A model generated the notes under the pieces. The model did no database searches and was not told the origin of the DNA. It worked only from the letters and a program-made list of their open reading frames with translations. From the NCBI GenBank assembly GCA_963804205.1, contig CAWDPJ010000017.1, positions 18,089-82,088 on the forward strand: a stretch of 64,000 bases of DNA. Direction: 5' to 3'. This document shows, in pieces, positions 42,288 through 50,981 of this stretch. The DNA is from an uncultured beta proteobacterium (lineage in GTDB: Bacteria; Pseudomonadota; Gammaproteobacteria; Burkholderiales; Casimicrobiaceae). The translations under genes and the position numbers were made by a program. The number at the start of each line of letters is the position of its first letter. The stretch's first letter is position 1.

Positions 42288-43685
42288 ATGAACTTGACAC
42301 GACGGCTCGCCGAGCTGGCTGCAGGGCTGCGCTACGACGACTTGCCGGCCGATATTCGTCTGCGCGGGCGCATGCTCCTTCTGGATGGTATTGGCGTAAT
42401 GCTCGGCGGGGTTGCCTTGCACAACGCCAACGGCGACCGCTTCCTCGAGCGTTACCTCGACGACATGGCGCCCGATGGGACGGGCACGATCGTCGGCTAC
42501 GAACGCCGGACGACTCCCGCGATGTGCGCGTTTGCCAATGGCGTTTTGTCCCAGGTGCTCGACTGTCAGGACACGAGCGTCACCGGCAAGATCCATACGG
42601 GCGCGGCCGTCATCCCGGCCGCGTTCGCGACCGCGGAGATGAAGAAGGTCCGCGGCAAGGACCTCGTCGCCGCGCTGATCGCGGGCTATGAAGTTGCCAA
42701 CCGAATTGCAGTAGCCGTGCAGCCCGCTCACTGGTTCGGCGGGTTCCAGGCCACCGGCACCATCGGCACGATCGGCGCCGCGGCCGCCACCGGCTCCCTG
42801 CTCGGGCTGACCCCGAAGGACATGGAAGTGGCGCTCGGAATGGCAGGAACGGTCCTGCCGCTCAGCAACGGGGACAGCAGCTTCAAGGGATACACCGCGA
42901 AGACGGTGCAAGCGGGAGAAGCCGCGACTCGGGGCATCGAAGCCGCGTTCATGGCGCGCGCGGGCTTCACGGCCGGGCCGCTGGAAGGCGAGCCGCCGCG
43001 TCACCACGCGTTCATGTACTTGATGGGCGACGGCAAGCCGGATTTCGACAAGGCATTGGCCGGGATCGGAAGCGAATGGCACTGCTTGCACACCGCGTTC
43101 AAGCCGTACCCAGTGGGCATCGTCATCGTCGGCCCGGTGGAAATGTGTCTGGACCTCCTCTCGGAACGCAGGATCGCCCCGGACGACATCGCCGCGGTCA
43201 CGATCACCACGTACAAGGAAGCCCATCACTTCACCGGCAAGATCTACACCACTCCGGAAAGCTCGGAGATCGAGTGCTTCCTGTCCACGCCGTTCTGCGT
43301 CGCGGTCGCGCTGATCGACGGTGAAATGACCCTTCGCCAGCGCATGGAATCCCGGTTGCGCGATCCCGCGACGCACGAGCTCGCATCGCGTGTGGTGGTG
43401 CAGGAAGATCCCGAGATGTCGCGCCGCTACCCGCGAGAATGGCCGGCGCGAATGGACATCCGGCTCCGCAACGGCGAAACGATCAGCCGGCAAAGCAATG
43501 ACGTCAAATGGTCCCCGCAACGGCCCGCGACCTGGGAACAGCTCGCGGAGAAGTTTTCGACGATGGCGGAGCCGATCATCGGACGTGACCGGGCAGCGGA
43601 GGCGAGCCGCCTCCTCGAACGCATCGTCGAGGTCGACGACTTGTCACCGCTGACGAAGCTCCTGCATCCACTGCCTGCGCGTTGA
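42288..43685 (+). CDS. MmgE/PrpD family protein
   Basis: LLDGIG, AFANG...LDCQD...HTG, AGYEV, FKPYP, EKF. Confidence 0.92.
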   Translation: MNLTRRLAELAAGLRYDDLPADIRLRGRMLLLDGIGVMLGGVALHNANGDRFLERYLDDMAPDGTGTIVGYERRTTPAMCAFANGVLSQVLDCQDTSVTGKIHTGAAVIPAAFATAEMKKVRGKDLVAALIAGYEVANRIAVAVQPAHWFGGFQATGTIGTIGAAAATGSLLGLTPKDMEVALGMAGTVLPLSNGDSSFKGYTAKTVQAGEAATRGIEAAFMARAGFTAGPLEGEPPRHHAFMYLMGDGKPDFDKALAGIGSEWHCLHTAFKPYPVGIVIVGPVEMCLDLLSERRIAPDDIAAVTITTYKEAHHFTGKIYTTPESSEIECFLSTPFCVAVALIDGEMTLRQRMESRLRDPATHELASRVVVQEDPEMSRRYPREWPARMDIRLRNGETISRQSNDVKWSPQRPATWEQLAEKFSTMAEPIIGRDRAAEASRLLERIVEVDDLSPLTKLLHPLPAR

Positions 43686-43890
43686 GCTTCGAATCGCGGC
43701 GCTCTCATTTCACGCACCTGCGACGCGATCGTCATCGGCGGCGGCATTGTGGGCTGCTCGGTGGCTTTCGGGTTGGCGAAGACCGGGCTGTCGGTCATCG
43801 TCCTCGACGAGGGGGATGTCGCGTTTCGTACGTCGCGCGGCAGCTTCGGGCTGGTGTGGGTGCAGAGCAAGGCCTCGCGGCGACCACATG
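43682..43890 (+). pseudogene. FAD-dependent oxidoreductase (DadA/HcnC/opine-oxidase-like), truncated
   Basis: DAIVIGGGIVGCSVAFGL...VLDEGDVAFRTSRGSFGLVWVQSK, then coding signal ends abruptly. Confidence 0.82.
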
Positions 43891-44102
43891 GTTTAGCCGT
43901 CACTCCCATTACTTTGAGAACCGTTGTGACAACGGAAAGTAGATGATTCCCTCCTGCGCGGCCTTTTGAACTTTGAGGTCTAGCGCGTCCACAAGCGAAA
44001 TCTGACCCTCAAGGATCAGCGCCCAAAATCCTGTCCATCCATGAGCACGATGTTGGACGCAACTCCCTTCGTAAACTCGACCACAACCTCGGGTCGGAAG
44101 GC

Positions 44103-44174
44103 GCGGATTTGATCCAAGCCTCAACCCTCTCGGTGGACGGCGTAATCACAGACTGAAGGGGTCGTTGCGTCTGA
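44103..44174 (-). pseudogene. Second remnant (central part) of the same small tyrosine-recombinase family
   Basis: QTQRPLQSVITPSTERVEAWIKSA resembles the KTQRPVQFEIT...AWI segment that, from memory, precedes FPSR...STRQYAR in this family. Confidence 0.55.
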
Positions 44175-44367
44175 CGACGCTTCCAGTCTGGCACCTTACC
44201 GTTCAGCGTGACCCGCAATGACTGCTTTCTAGAAGGGGACAGGCGAGATCGGCCCCAGCGGCTGTGGAACAGGGGGGCGCATCGGGCGCACAAGGCACGG
44301 TTCATCACGGACTCGCACGGCATTTAGCAGCAATCGCTGCTCAACGTTAGCAGCAGAAACAGATGCC

Positions 44368-44748
44368 TTACCCGTGCTGATATTTGAGTGTGCCGGAAAG
44401 TTCGGTGCCTAAGGCTCCGATCTGCGTGATCAACTCCTGACTCACGCTGTCTAGCGGGGAACGCTCTCGGAATATCACCGCTATATCGCGTTTCAGTCCC
44501 GGAACCGTAATCGCCAGGGACTTTATCGTGCCTTCACGCAAGTCCGCCGCGACGCAGTGCTCAGGCAACATGGATAGGTGGTCACTCGCGGCCACGAGCG
44601 ACTTCGTAAAGTCGATAGAGCCGCATTCAATGAGCTGTTTCGGGAAAGCGACACTTTCCGAGTCCAGCACCCTCTCGAGTACAGTCCTCTGCGGCCACCC
44701 AACCATCGGACACACCCACGGAAACTGCGCGAGATCAGCCCACGAAAG
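44368..44748 (-). pseudogene. LysR C-terminal fragment, paralog of 60927..61875
   Basis: LSWADLAQFPWVCP...GSIDFTKSLVAASDHL...LKRDIAVIFRE; no HTH. Confidence 0.85.
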
Positions 44749-44890
44749 CGCCCCCCGAGATCTCGCACGGCATCACGGAACCCCATGCCGCTGACCAGTC
44801 GATGCAGCGCGATTACATCTCCACCCTTGGCGCCGCACGCGTGGCAGAAGAAATGACCATCAGCCAGTGACACGCGCATGGATGCGTGCG
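44749..44890 (-). pseudogene. CHC2 zinc-finger (primase-type) remnant of phage/satellite origin
   Basis: SMRVSLADGHFFCHACGAKGGDVIALHRLVSGMGFRDAVRDLG. Confidence 0.75.
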
Positions 44891-45008
44891 TCTCGCTTCC
44901 AGCCTTGTGCGCTGGGCAGCGGATCGAGATCCATTCGCCGCGAGGCTTGCCCGTGAGCAGCCCTTGCTGGCTCAGGTAAGCGGCAGGCCGCCGATCGGCA
45001 AGACGCTG

Positions 45009-46124
45009 CTAGGGCTGGGCCGGCAGCCTCACGCGCTCCGTCAGAACATCGGGATCGGTGAACACGGTCCAGCGCTCGCGCGGCACGTCAGCGAAGGCCT
45101 CGCGATGGCGCGGTGCCTCGTCGCCTTCGTCGGTGACGTTGCGGATGAAGATGTGCAGCACGTTTCCCGGGAACTCCCGGTAGATCCGGGCGTAGATCTC
45201 CGGATCCTGCTCGCCGGAATCGCCGACGAGGACGAACTTGCGTTGCGGCCAGCGCCGGATGATCGCCGAGATGGTCGGTACCTTGGCATCCGCCGGCGTG
45301 TCGAACAGATCGAGGAAGCTGCGATCGCCGAGTCCGATTTCGCGCAAGTGGAAGCTTCCGGCAGGCAGGCCCGATTCGGCGAAGAACTGCGCCAATGCCG
45401 GATACAGCTGCCAGGGCGAGGAAGACACGTAATGGAACACCGCACCGTTGTCCGCCCACGCGGTATAGGCTCGTGCCATGCCGGGAACCGCCTCGAAGGG
45501 ATTCAGGAACGTGTTGGCCATCAGCGCCCGCCTGTCGCGAACTTGCGTCACTTTGACCGTATCGTCGATGTCGGAGATGACCGAGACGCCTCGCGCGCCG
45601 ACGAGCTGTGCGTGTCCTTCGGAGCGGCGGCGCTCCCCTGCCGGACCAGCGAGTTCCAGCGGCAGCCGTCCGGCGCGCTGGTAGCGGTCGGCATCGCCGG
45701 CGGAGAGGGTGGCCGTCGCTCGAAACAGGCCATTCGGACCCGACGGGGCGGTGGTCAACTGCCGCGGTCCGACGCGCACCTCGAGCCTCCTGTCCTCCTC
45801 GCCGTCGGCGAGGAACAAGCCCGCTCGCGCACGAAACACCGCCTGCGCGCGTGCATCGTCGTCGAGGTCCAGCGCGCGCATGAAGGCTCGACCCGCCGCG
45901 GAGATCCAGAGGGAGTCGTCCGGCCGCTCGTAGATCCAGCCGTGGATCGGCACGACCCACCGCGATGCCGGTTCGTCGAAGTGCGCGGCGGTCGGGAACA
46001 GGACCACTACCTCTTCGTCCGGCTGGACGTCGGTCTCCAGGGGCGGGGTGATTGCGCACGCGCCCGTGACCAGCGCACACCCGACGCCGAGCAGCATGTG
46101 AAAGACTATGCGCCAGCGTTGCAC
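45009..46124 (-). CDS. App1-family (DUF2183) phosphatidate phosphatase-like lipoprotein
   Basis: Lipobox-like VTGAC; VISDIDDTVK; YVSSSPWQLY; LVGDSGEQDPEIY. Confidence 0.9.
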   Translation of the reverse strand: MQRWRIVFHMLLGVGCALVTGACAITPPLETDVQPDEEVVVLFPTAAHFDEPASRWVVPIHGWIYERPDDSLWISAAGRAFMRALDLDDDARAQAVFRARAGLFLADGEEDRRLEVRVGPRQLTTAPSGPNGLFRATATLSAGDADRYQRAGRLPLELAGPAGERRRSEGHAQLVGARGVSVISDIDDTVKVTQVRDRRALMANTFLNPFEAVPGMARAYTAWADNGAVFHYVSSSPWQLYPALAQFFAESGLPAGSFHLREIGLGDRSFLDLFDTPADAKVPTISAIIRRWPQRKFVLVGDSGEQDPEIYARIYREFPGNVLHIFIRNVTDEGDEAPRHREAFADVPRERWTVFTDPDVLTERVRLPAQP

Positions 46125-46483
46125 CTTGTCTTGCCCTCAGCGTCCCGATGCACCGAACTTTGTCGTTGCAGCAATCAGCTATGGATCTCCCGTGTTCGAT
46201 GCGAAGTAGCCCGGTTAGCGCGTAGCCGGGTGTTTGGTATTCAACGCGGTTCGGGACTTGCTTACATTTCGAAGCGTAGTGTTTGCCGGTGTACTGCCCC
46301 GCTGCTGATTCTTACGACGCAGCGGCCGTAATTCGTCACGATCGGCAAGTCAGGGCCGTGCTTGCGCTCAATGTGGTCGATCCGTTGGGCTTTGATCCAG
46401 AGCATGCTGCGTCCTCCTCCCCGCAACCATTGTAACGGCTGCTAGCGGGGGCTGTGCGCGAGCGTTCGACGATGTGCCGTCCG

Positions 46484-47689
46484 TTACTTGCTTCCGACGA
46501 ACAGGAAGCCATCGGTTCGTCCAGCGTTCAGCGCTGCTGCATAAAGCGTTCTGCTCGGGGCATCGTAATACGCGATCCCCTGGAGGCTGCTAAACAGGCA
46601 GTAGAGGCCCTGAAATGAGATAGAGAGATTGATGATCTGCGTGTTGCCACGTCGAGTTGCAGTACCGCTGAACGAGCAGCCGGTTACGGCACCCGCGAAG
46701 CCTCCTGACGCATTAATCGTGACGACCGCGTCATCATATCCAACCGAGGAAAAGACTGTGCCGGAGAAGGTTCCAGCGACACTGGACATGCTAACCGGCT
46801 GGTCGTAGATCGCCTGATAAGCAGCAGTAAACGAGCTGCTCCCGTATGCGGTGACCAATGTTCCGCCGATCGAGGAGTGCGCGACATATGTCCCTGCAAC
46901 CGCCCCATTCGCTACGCCGTAGCCTGCGATATTAAAGTCGCGGGCATTGGATGACGTGAATTGCCCGCCGGAGCTAGTAGCGTTCCCGTGCACTGCGCCA
47001 GCAATGTAGTTGCTGCCAGGCGACGTATAGAGGACGTAGTACTCGCCGGTGTTGAGAACCGCGCCAAGAACGGTTTGATTTCGGCTAGTTGACCCCACCC
47101 AGAGCCCTTCTGCCGTTCCTGCGGAAGTTGTCGTGCTTGGTATACATGCCAACACACCGGCAGCGCCAAACCCTTCAGGCACCCACCCGGCGGCGCGCAT
47201 CTGACTCGCGATCGTCGTGCTCGTTGTGTAGCGGTGATTTGGAGCGCCGCCGATCCCATTGTTGTAGAGCCGGTACAGCGGCGCTGATCCTGCGGGACAG
47301 TTGCCGATGCCGTCAGGAGTCTTGAGGTAAAACGAGATCGCTTCGTACTGCCAGTCCTGATTGTTCTTGACTGCATTGCACTCGCCGGGGAATGGCGTAT
47401 AGAAGTGCGAGCTGCGCGGGGCGAAGCTGGTGCTAAAGAACCGGCAGACTGGTGATGTGCTGGCTTCCTGAGCCGCCCAGACGGGGAACGTCTGCCCCGT
47501 CCGTTGCCAGACGCCGCCAAAGGCGCCGCTATCGAGTGCCGATATTTCTGCGGGGAAGGACGTGACGAAATAGTAGCTCCACCCGGCATGGAAGTACTCG
47601 ACCGCGGTTTGAGTCTGAGCAGTCGCGGTTCGAGTCAAAGCTGAAATCGCAAGAAGCGCCAGTACTGCTCCACGCAGCCACTTCGCCAT
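46484..47689 (-). CDS. Secreted protein with DUF5648-like N-terminal domain and beta-rich C-terminus
   Basis: Signal peptide; AVEYFHAG..YFVT, PVCRFF..SHFYT, PLYRLYNN..NHRYT three-fold pattern. Confidence 0.8.
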   Translation of the reverse strand: MAKWLRGAVLALLAISALTRTATAQTQTAVEYFHAGWSYYFVTSFPAEISALDSGAFGGVWQRTGQTFPVWAAQEASTSPVCRFFSTSFAPRSSHFYTPFPGECNAVKNNQDWQYEAISFYLKTPDGIGNCPAGSAPLYRLYNNGIGGAPNHRYTTSTTIASQMRAAGWVPEGFGAAGVLACIPSTTTSAGTAEGLWVGSTSRNQTVLGAVLNTGEYYVLYTSPGSNYIAGAVHGNATSSGGQFTSSNARDFNIAGYGVANGAVAGTYVAHSSIGGTLVTAYGSSSFTAAYQAIYDQPVSMSSVAGTFSGTVFSSVGYDDAVVTINASGGFAGAVTGCSFSGTATRRGNTQIINLSISFQGLYCLFSSLQGIAYYDAPSRTLYAAALNAGRTDGFLFVGSK

Positions 47690-48234
47690 TTGTCGCGCTC
47701 CCCTCGGTTGATTTGTGACGGGCCGCGGCAGGAAATCGCCGCTTCACCCGACCGAGGGGTGGCTGTTGCAAGCGTTGCGCCAGCCGCTACGTGGTACGGA
47801 GCACGAGTCGTTGCTCACTCCACTGCATGCCGCATATCTATACGGTATGCCGCTCCTGCTCTACCCCTTCCGCTACAAGTCACCAGTGATCGGCAAGTGG
47901 TAAAAGGTGTACTGCGAGATCGTCCGCTCCCCGTCCCGCGCCGCCCGCTGTGCTGGCTGTGCGCGCGGCTCGACATCCGCGACATCACCGTAGCGAAGCG
48001 CCCGCAGGTCGCCTACACGTGCGGCTGGAACCCAATCCGCGCGCCGAACGTCGACCGGTGCGAGTTCTTCATGCGTGAGCCAGGCGCCGACGATCGGGCG
48101 CAGCCGCGGGGCCGGTGGCGAGTCGCTGGTACGGCACACTGACGCGTAGAATCGCCTCGCGGGCCTCTTCCCCTGGCGGGTTCGTCGTTGGAGTCGCCGT
48201 CCGGGGATCGTGCAACACTCTCCGGGGTTCCGCC

Positions 48235-49617
48235 ATGCGATCTGTCCGCACCGCAGTCTCGCTGCTTGCGCTCGCTGTTTCGCCCGTCGCATTCGCGGCG
48301 CCCTGTGCAGGGTTCACCGACGTCGATAGCACCGATCCATTCTGCACGCAGGTCGCTTGGGTCAAAAACCGCGGCATCACGTTGGGCTGCACGTCAGCGA
48401 CGCTCTACTGCCCGAATGCTGCCGTCACGCGGCTGCAGATGGCGCTGTTCATGTATCGCCAAGGTAACGTAACCGTGCAGCTTGGCGGCAATACGGCAGG
48501 TGGTACGGCTCGGCTCGGAACAACCGATTTCCAGCCGGTGGAGATCATCGCTAACAATTTGCGCGCGCTGCGGATAGAACCGAATCCGGGTAGTCCGAAC
48601 GTCATTGCTGGAAATGCAGCCAACAGCGTATTCGGCGGCAGCTATGCGGCAACGGTGGGGGGTGGGGGTGCGACGTCAGGCAACGTCGGTAGTTATCTTT
48701 GCCCCGCGGCGGCATGCGCCAATATGGTCACTGACACCGCGGGGACGGTGGGAGGCGGTGTCAGCAACCATGCGGGGAACGACGACGCGGATCCCTCCAG
48801 CGCGATGTTCGCGACGGTCGGGGGTGGATACGCTAACCGGGCTACCGGCTTCATCTCGGTCATCGCTGGCGGATACGTTAACCGGGCCAACGGACCCGGC
48901 GGCACCGTTTCTGGCGGTGAATTCAATATAGCCGACGGAGGCAACTCCACGGTCGCCGGGGGTTTCACTAACCGCGCCGCCGGTAATGCCAGCTTCGTGG
49001 CCGGCGGCTCACGCAACCGGGCGTTAGGCATTGGAAGTCTTGCGGGGGGCATCTTCGCCCAAGCCGATAACGACGGGTGTTTCGTATTTGCAGACCGCTC
49101 TTCCTCCAACAGCGCGACGAGTTGCTTCGCGCCGAACGAGATTGTTGTCCGGGGGCTCGGAGGATTCTATTTGTGGACCGCTGGGAACGCCGACTCGAAT
49201 TACAGCGGCGCGACACTCGCTCCGGGCACGGGTGCATGGGCGGCCCTCAGTGATGTACATGGCAAGCACGCCATCGATCCGGTGGATGCGCGAGAGGTAC
49301 TTGAGAAGGTGGCGGCGATGCCGATCTCGACCTGGCAATGGAAAGCCGAGCCAGGAACGGTTCGTCACATGGGGCCGATGGCACAAGACTTCCATAGCGC
49401 CTTTGGACTCGGGAATAGCGATACGCAGATCGTCACGATCGACGCCGATGGTGTCGCGCTGGCCGCGATCCAAGGCCTCAACGCAAAACTGGAAGCGGAG
49501 CGCGGGGCGAAGGATGCTGAGATCGCGGCGTTGCGCGCGGAGCTCGTCGCCATCCGGTCGGTGCTCGCAACGATCGCCGCTACGCAATCGACGCAACCCG
49601 CCGAAATCGCCCGGTAG
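48235..49617 (+). CDS. Surface fibre: SLH-like domain, Gly-rich beta-repeats, peptidase S74 (intramolecular chaperone) domain
   Basis: FTDV...VAWVKNRGITLGC...YCPNAAVTRLQMALF; repeated (T/S)V(G/A/S)GGxxNxA; LSDVHGK...HMGPMAQDF; terminal coiled coil. Confidence 0.85.
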   Translation: MRSVRTAVSLLALAVSPVAFAAPCAGFTDVDSTDPFCTQVAWVKNRGITLGCTSATLYCPNAAVTRLQMALFMYRQGNVTVQLGGNTAGGTARLGTTDFQPVEIIANNLRALRIEPNPGSPNVIAGNAANSVFGGSYAATVGGGGATSGNVGSYLCPAAACANMVTDTAGTVGGGVSNHAGNDDADPSSAMFATVGGGYANRATGFISVIAGGYVNRANGPGGTVSGGEFNIADGGNSTVAGGFTNRAAGNASFVAGGSRNRALGIGSLAGGIFAQADNDGCFVFADRSSSNSATSCFAPNEIVVRGLGGFYLWTAGNADSNYSGATLAPGTGAWAALSDVHGKHAIDPVDAREVLEKVAAMPISTWQWKAEPGTVRHMGPMAQDFHSAFGLGNSDTQIVTIDADGVALAAIQGLNAKLEAERGAKDAEIAALRAELVAIRSVLATIAATQSTQPAEIAR

Positions 49618-49859
49618 GGACGACTTTCCGCGTCAGGCCACCCAACGTCAACCTGCGCCGCTGCGCGTGGCGTGGCTTAATCCGTGCGGGCGCGCACTAC
49701 GCGAAGCAGGCACGGCCGACCAGCCAAGGAAAGCGGACGCTCGCGGGTCGATCGGCTACAGGCGGCCTTGCAGTCTTCGTTGCGGGCACGTCGGCGAATA
49801 GTCACGCATCGGCGAACAATGAAGGGTAGCCTCGGTTCCTTGGAGGCTCAATGGTACTG

Positions 49860-50490
49860 TCAATAGGAGACTGTATTCAGCATTTCGATGATCGGCTCTT
49901 TGTGTAGGATCCGGCTCAAAGTACTGGGACGGACCATCTCCTGCGCTGGAGACAAGCAGCCACACAGTAGCGGTCCGTGATCGATAGGTCGCTAATTTGG
50001 ACGCCTTCAAATCGACAGCCTTCTGAACAAGGTCCTGCGAGAGGGGCGACACCCATCCCGCCAACGGCGACCACCAGTGCAATCGGGTTAGCGGCGGACC
50101 CGCCCATATCCGGACAAATTGAACTTCCGGTGGAAGCGGATCCACATGGCGACGAATTCGAACCTCGTGCCACGTTCCAGCCGGCGGCAGATTGTTGCTC
50201 ACGAACTGCGCAATCTCGCGGGCAGCGCGTATGCCGTTCAAAGTCAGCAGCCTGTCGCTATCGACAAATCCGATTGCGACGTCCGTCGGACCGAGATTGA
50301 ACCGACCGAACTCTTCCTCGGCGCGCGCAACGATGTCCCTGACGATAGATTGCCGCTGGGTGGGCTAATCCGCCCGCCATCGTCTTCGATGTGCAGTTCC
50401 GTAACTTCCAATCCGACTAGGCCGGTGTCCGTCCTTAAGATGAAGTCAGGCGCCTCAGCGCAGACTCGACCACTACGTCGCATGCAGAGA
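49860..50490 (-). pseudogene. Degraded PD-(D/E)xK nuclease-like protein
   Basis: EAPDFIL...VGLEVTEL plus downstream fragment LVQKAVDLKASKLATY...VWLLV in another frame. Confidence 0.5.
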
Positions 50491-50656
50491 GCCGCAAGAA
50501 CGCCTCAACAAGTAAGCGCTCCTTCTCCTTTCGATCTACTAGGATTTCAGCTGGCACTTAAAGCACCCCAAAGCAGAGCCGACGGCAACGTAACGGCAAC
50601 CAGAAACGCAAAAACCTCCATCAGAAGGAGGCGTTGTTCCGTATCCTATTAATTTA

Positions 50657-50701
50657 TGGCTCCCCGACCAGGGCTCGAACCTGGGACCTGCGGATTAACA
50701 G
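50657..50701 (-). mobile_element. Attachment site: duplicated 3' half of tRNA-Asn(GTT)
   Basis: CTGTTAATCCGCAGGTCCCAGGTTCGAGCCCTGGTCGGGGAGCCA covers the anticodon loop, T-arm and CCA; the 5' half is absent. Confidence 0.9.
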
Positions 50702-50775
50702 GTTGAAATATACGTCATTTAACGTGCGTTTTGGCCCGCCCTTCCCCGTGAATGCACGCTGATGACCGCCGATAC

Positions 50776-50795
50776 TGTCACGTTTTTGTCACGTT
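50776..50795. repeat. Tandem TGTCACGTT repeats, candidate integrase arm sites
   Basis: TGTCACGTT-TT-TGTCACGTT about 75 bp inside the att core. Confidence 0.6.
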
Positions 50796-50981
50796 CTCGT
50801 TCGCATCCGGAGGAAAGCGGCGGGCGGCGGGTTGTTCCCTTTCATCAGCGCCGAGCCGTCGCGCCTCGGTGGCTCGTCGAGCGGAAGAAGGTTCGGTGAC
50901 GCGGCGGGGAGCTGGTCCCTCTTGATCGCACAAACATGTCCTTTGCGATGGTCACCGCAGACATCGCGTTCCTCCACCTAC

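Noticed and set aside
47870-48140. Cys-containing small ORF fragment (LCWLCARL...RCEFFMREPGADD)
   Set aside because: No clear start or family match; too weak to annotate.
48640-49060. Periodic GGCGG..AACCG nucleotide repeats
   Set aside because: Explained by the Gly-rich beta-repeat coding of the fibre protein.
50657-50701. Functional tRNA-Asn gene
   Set aside because: The acceptor 5' strand and D-arm are missing; it is an att duplicate.
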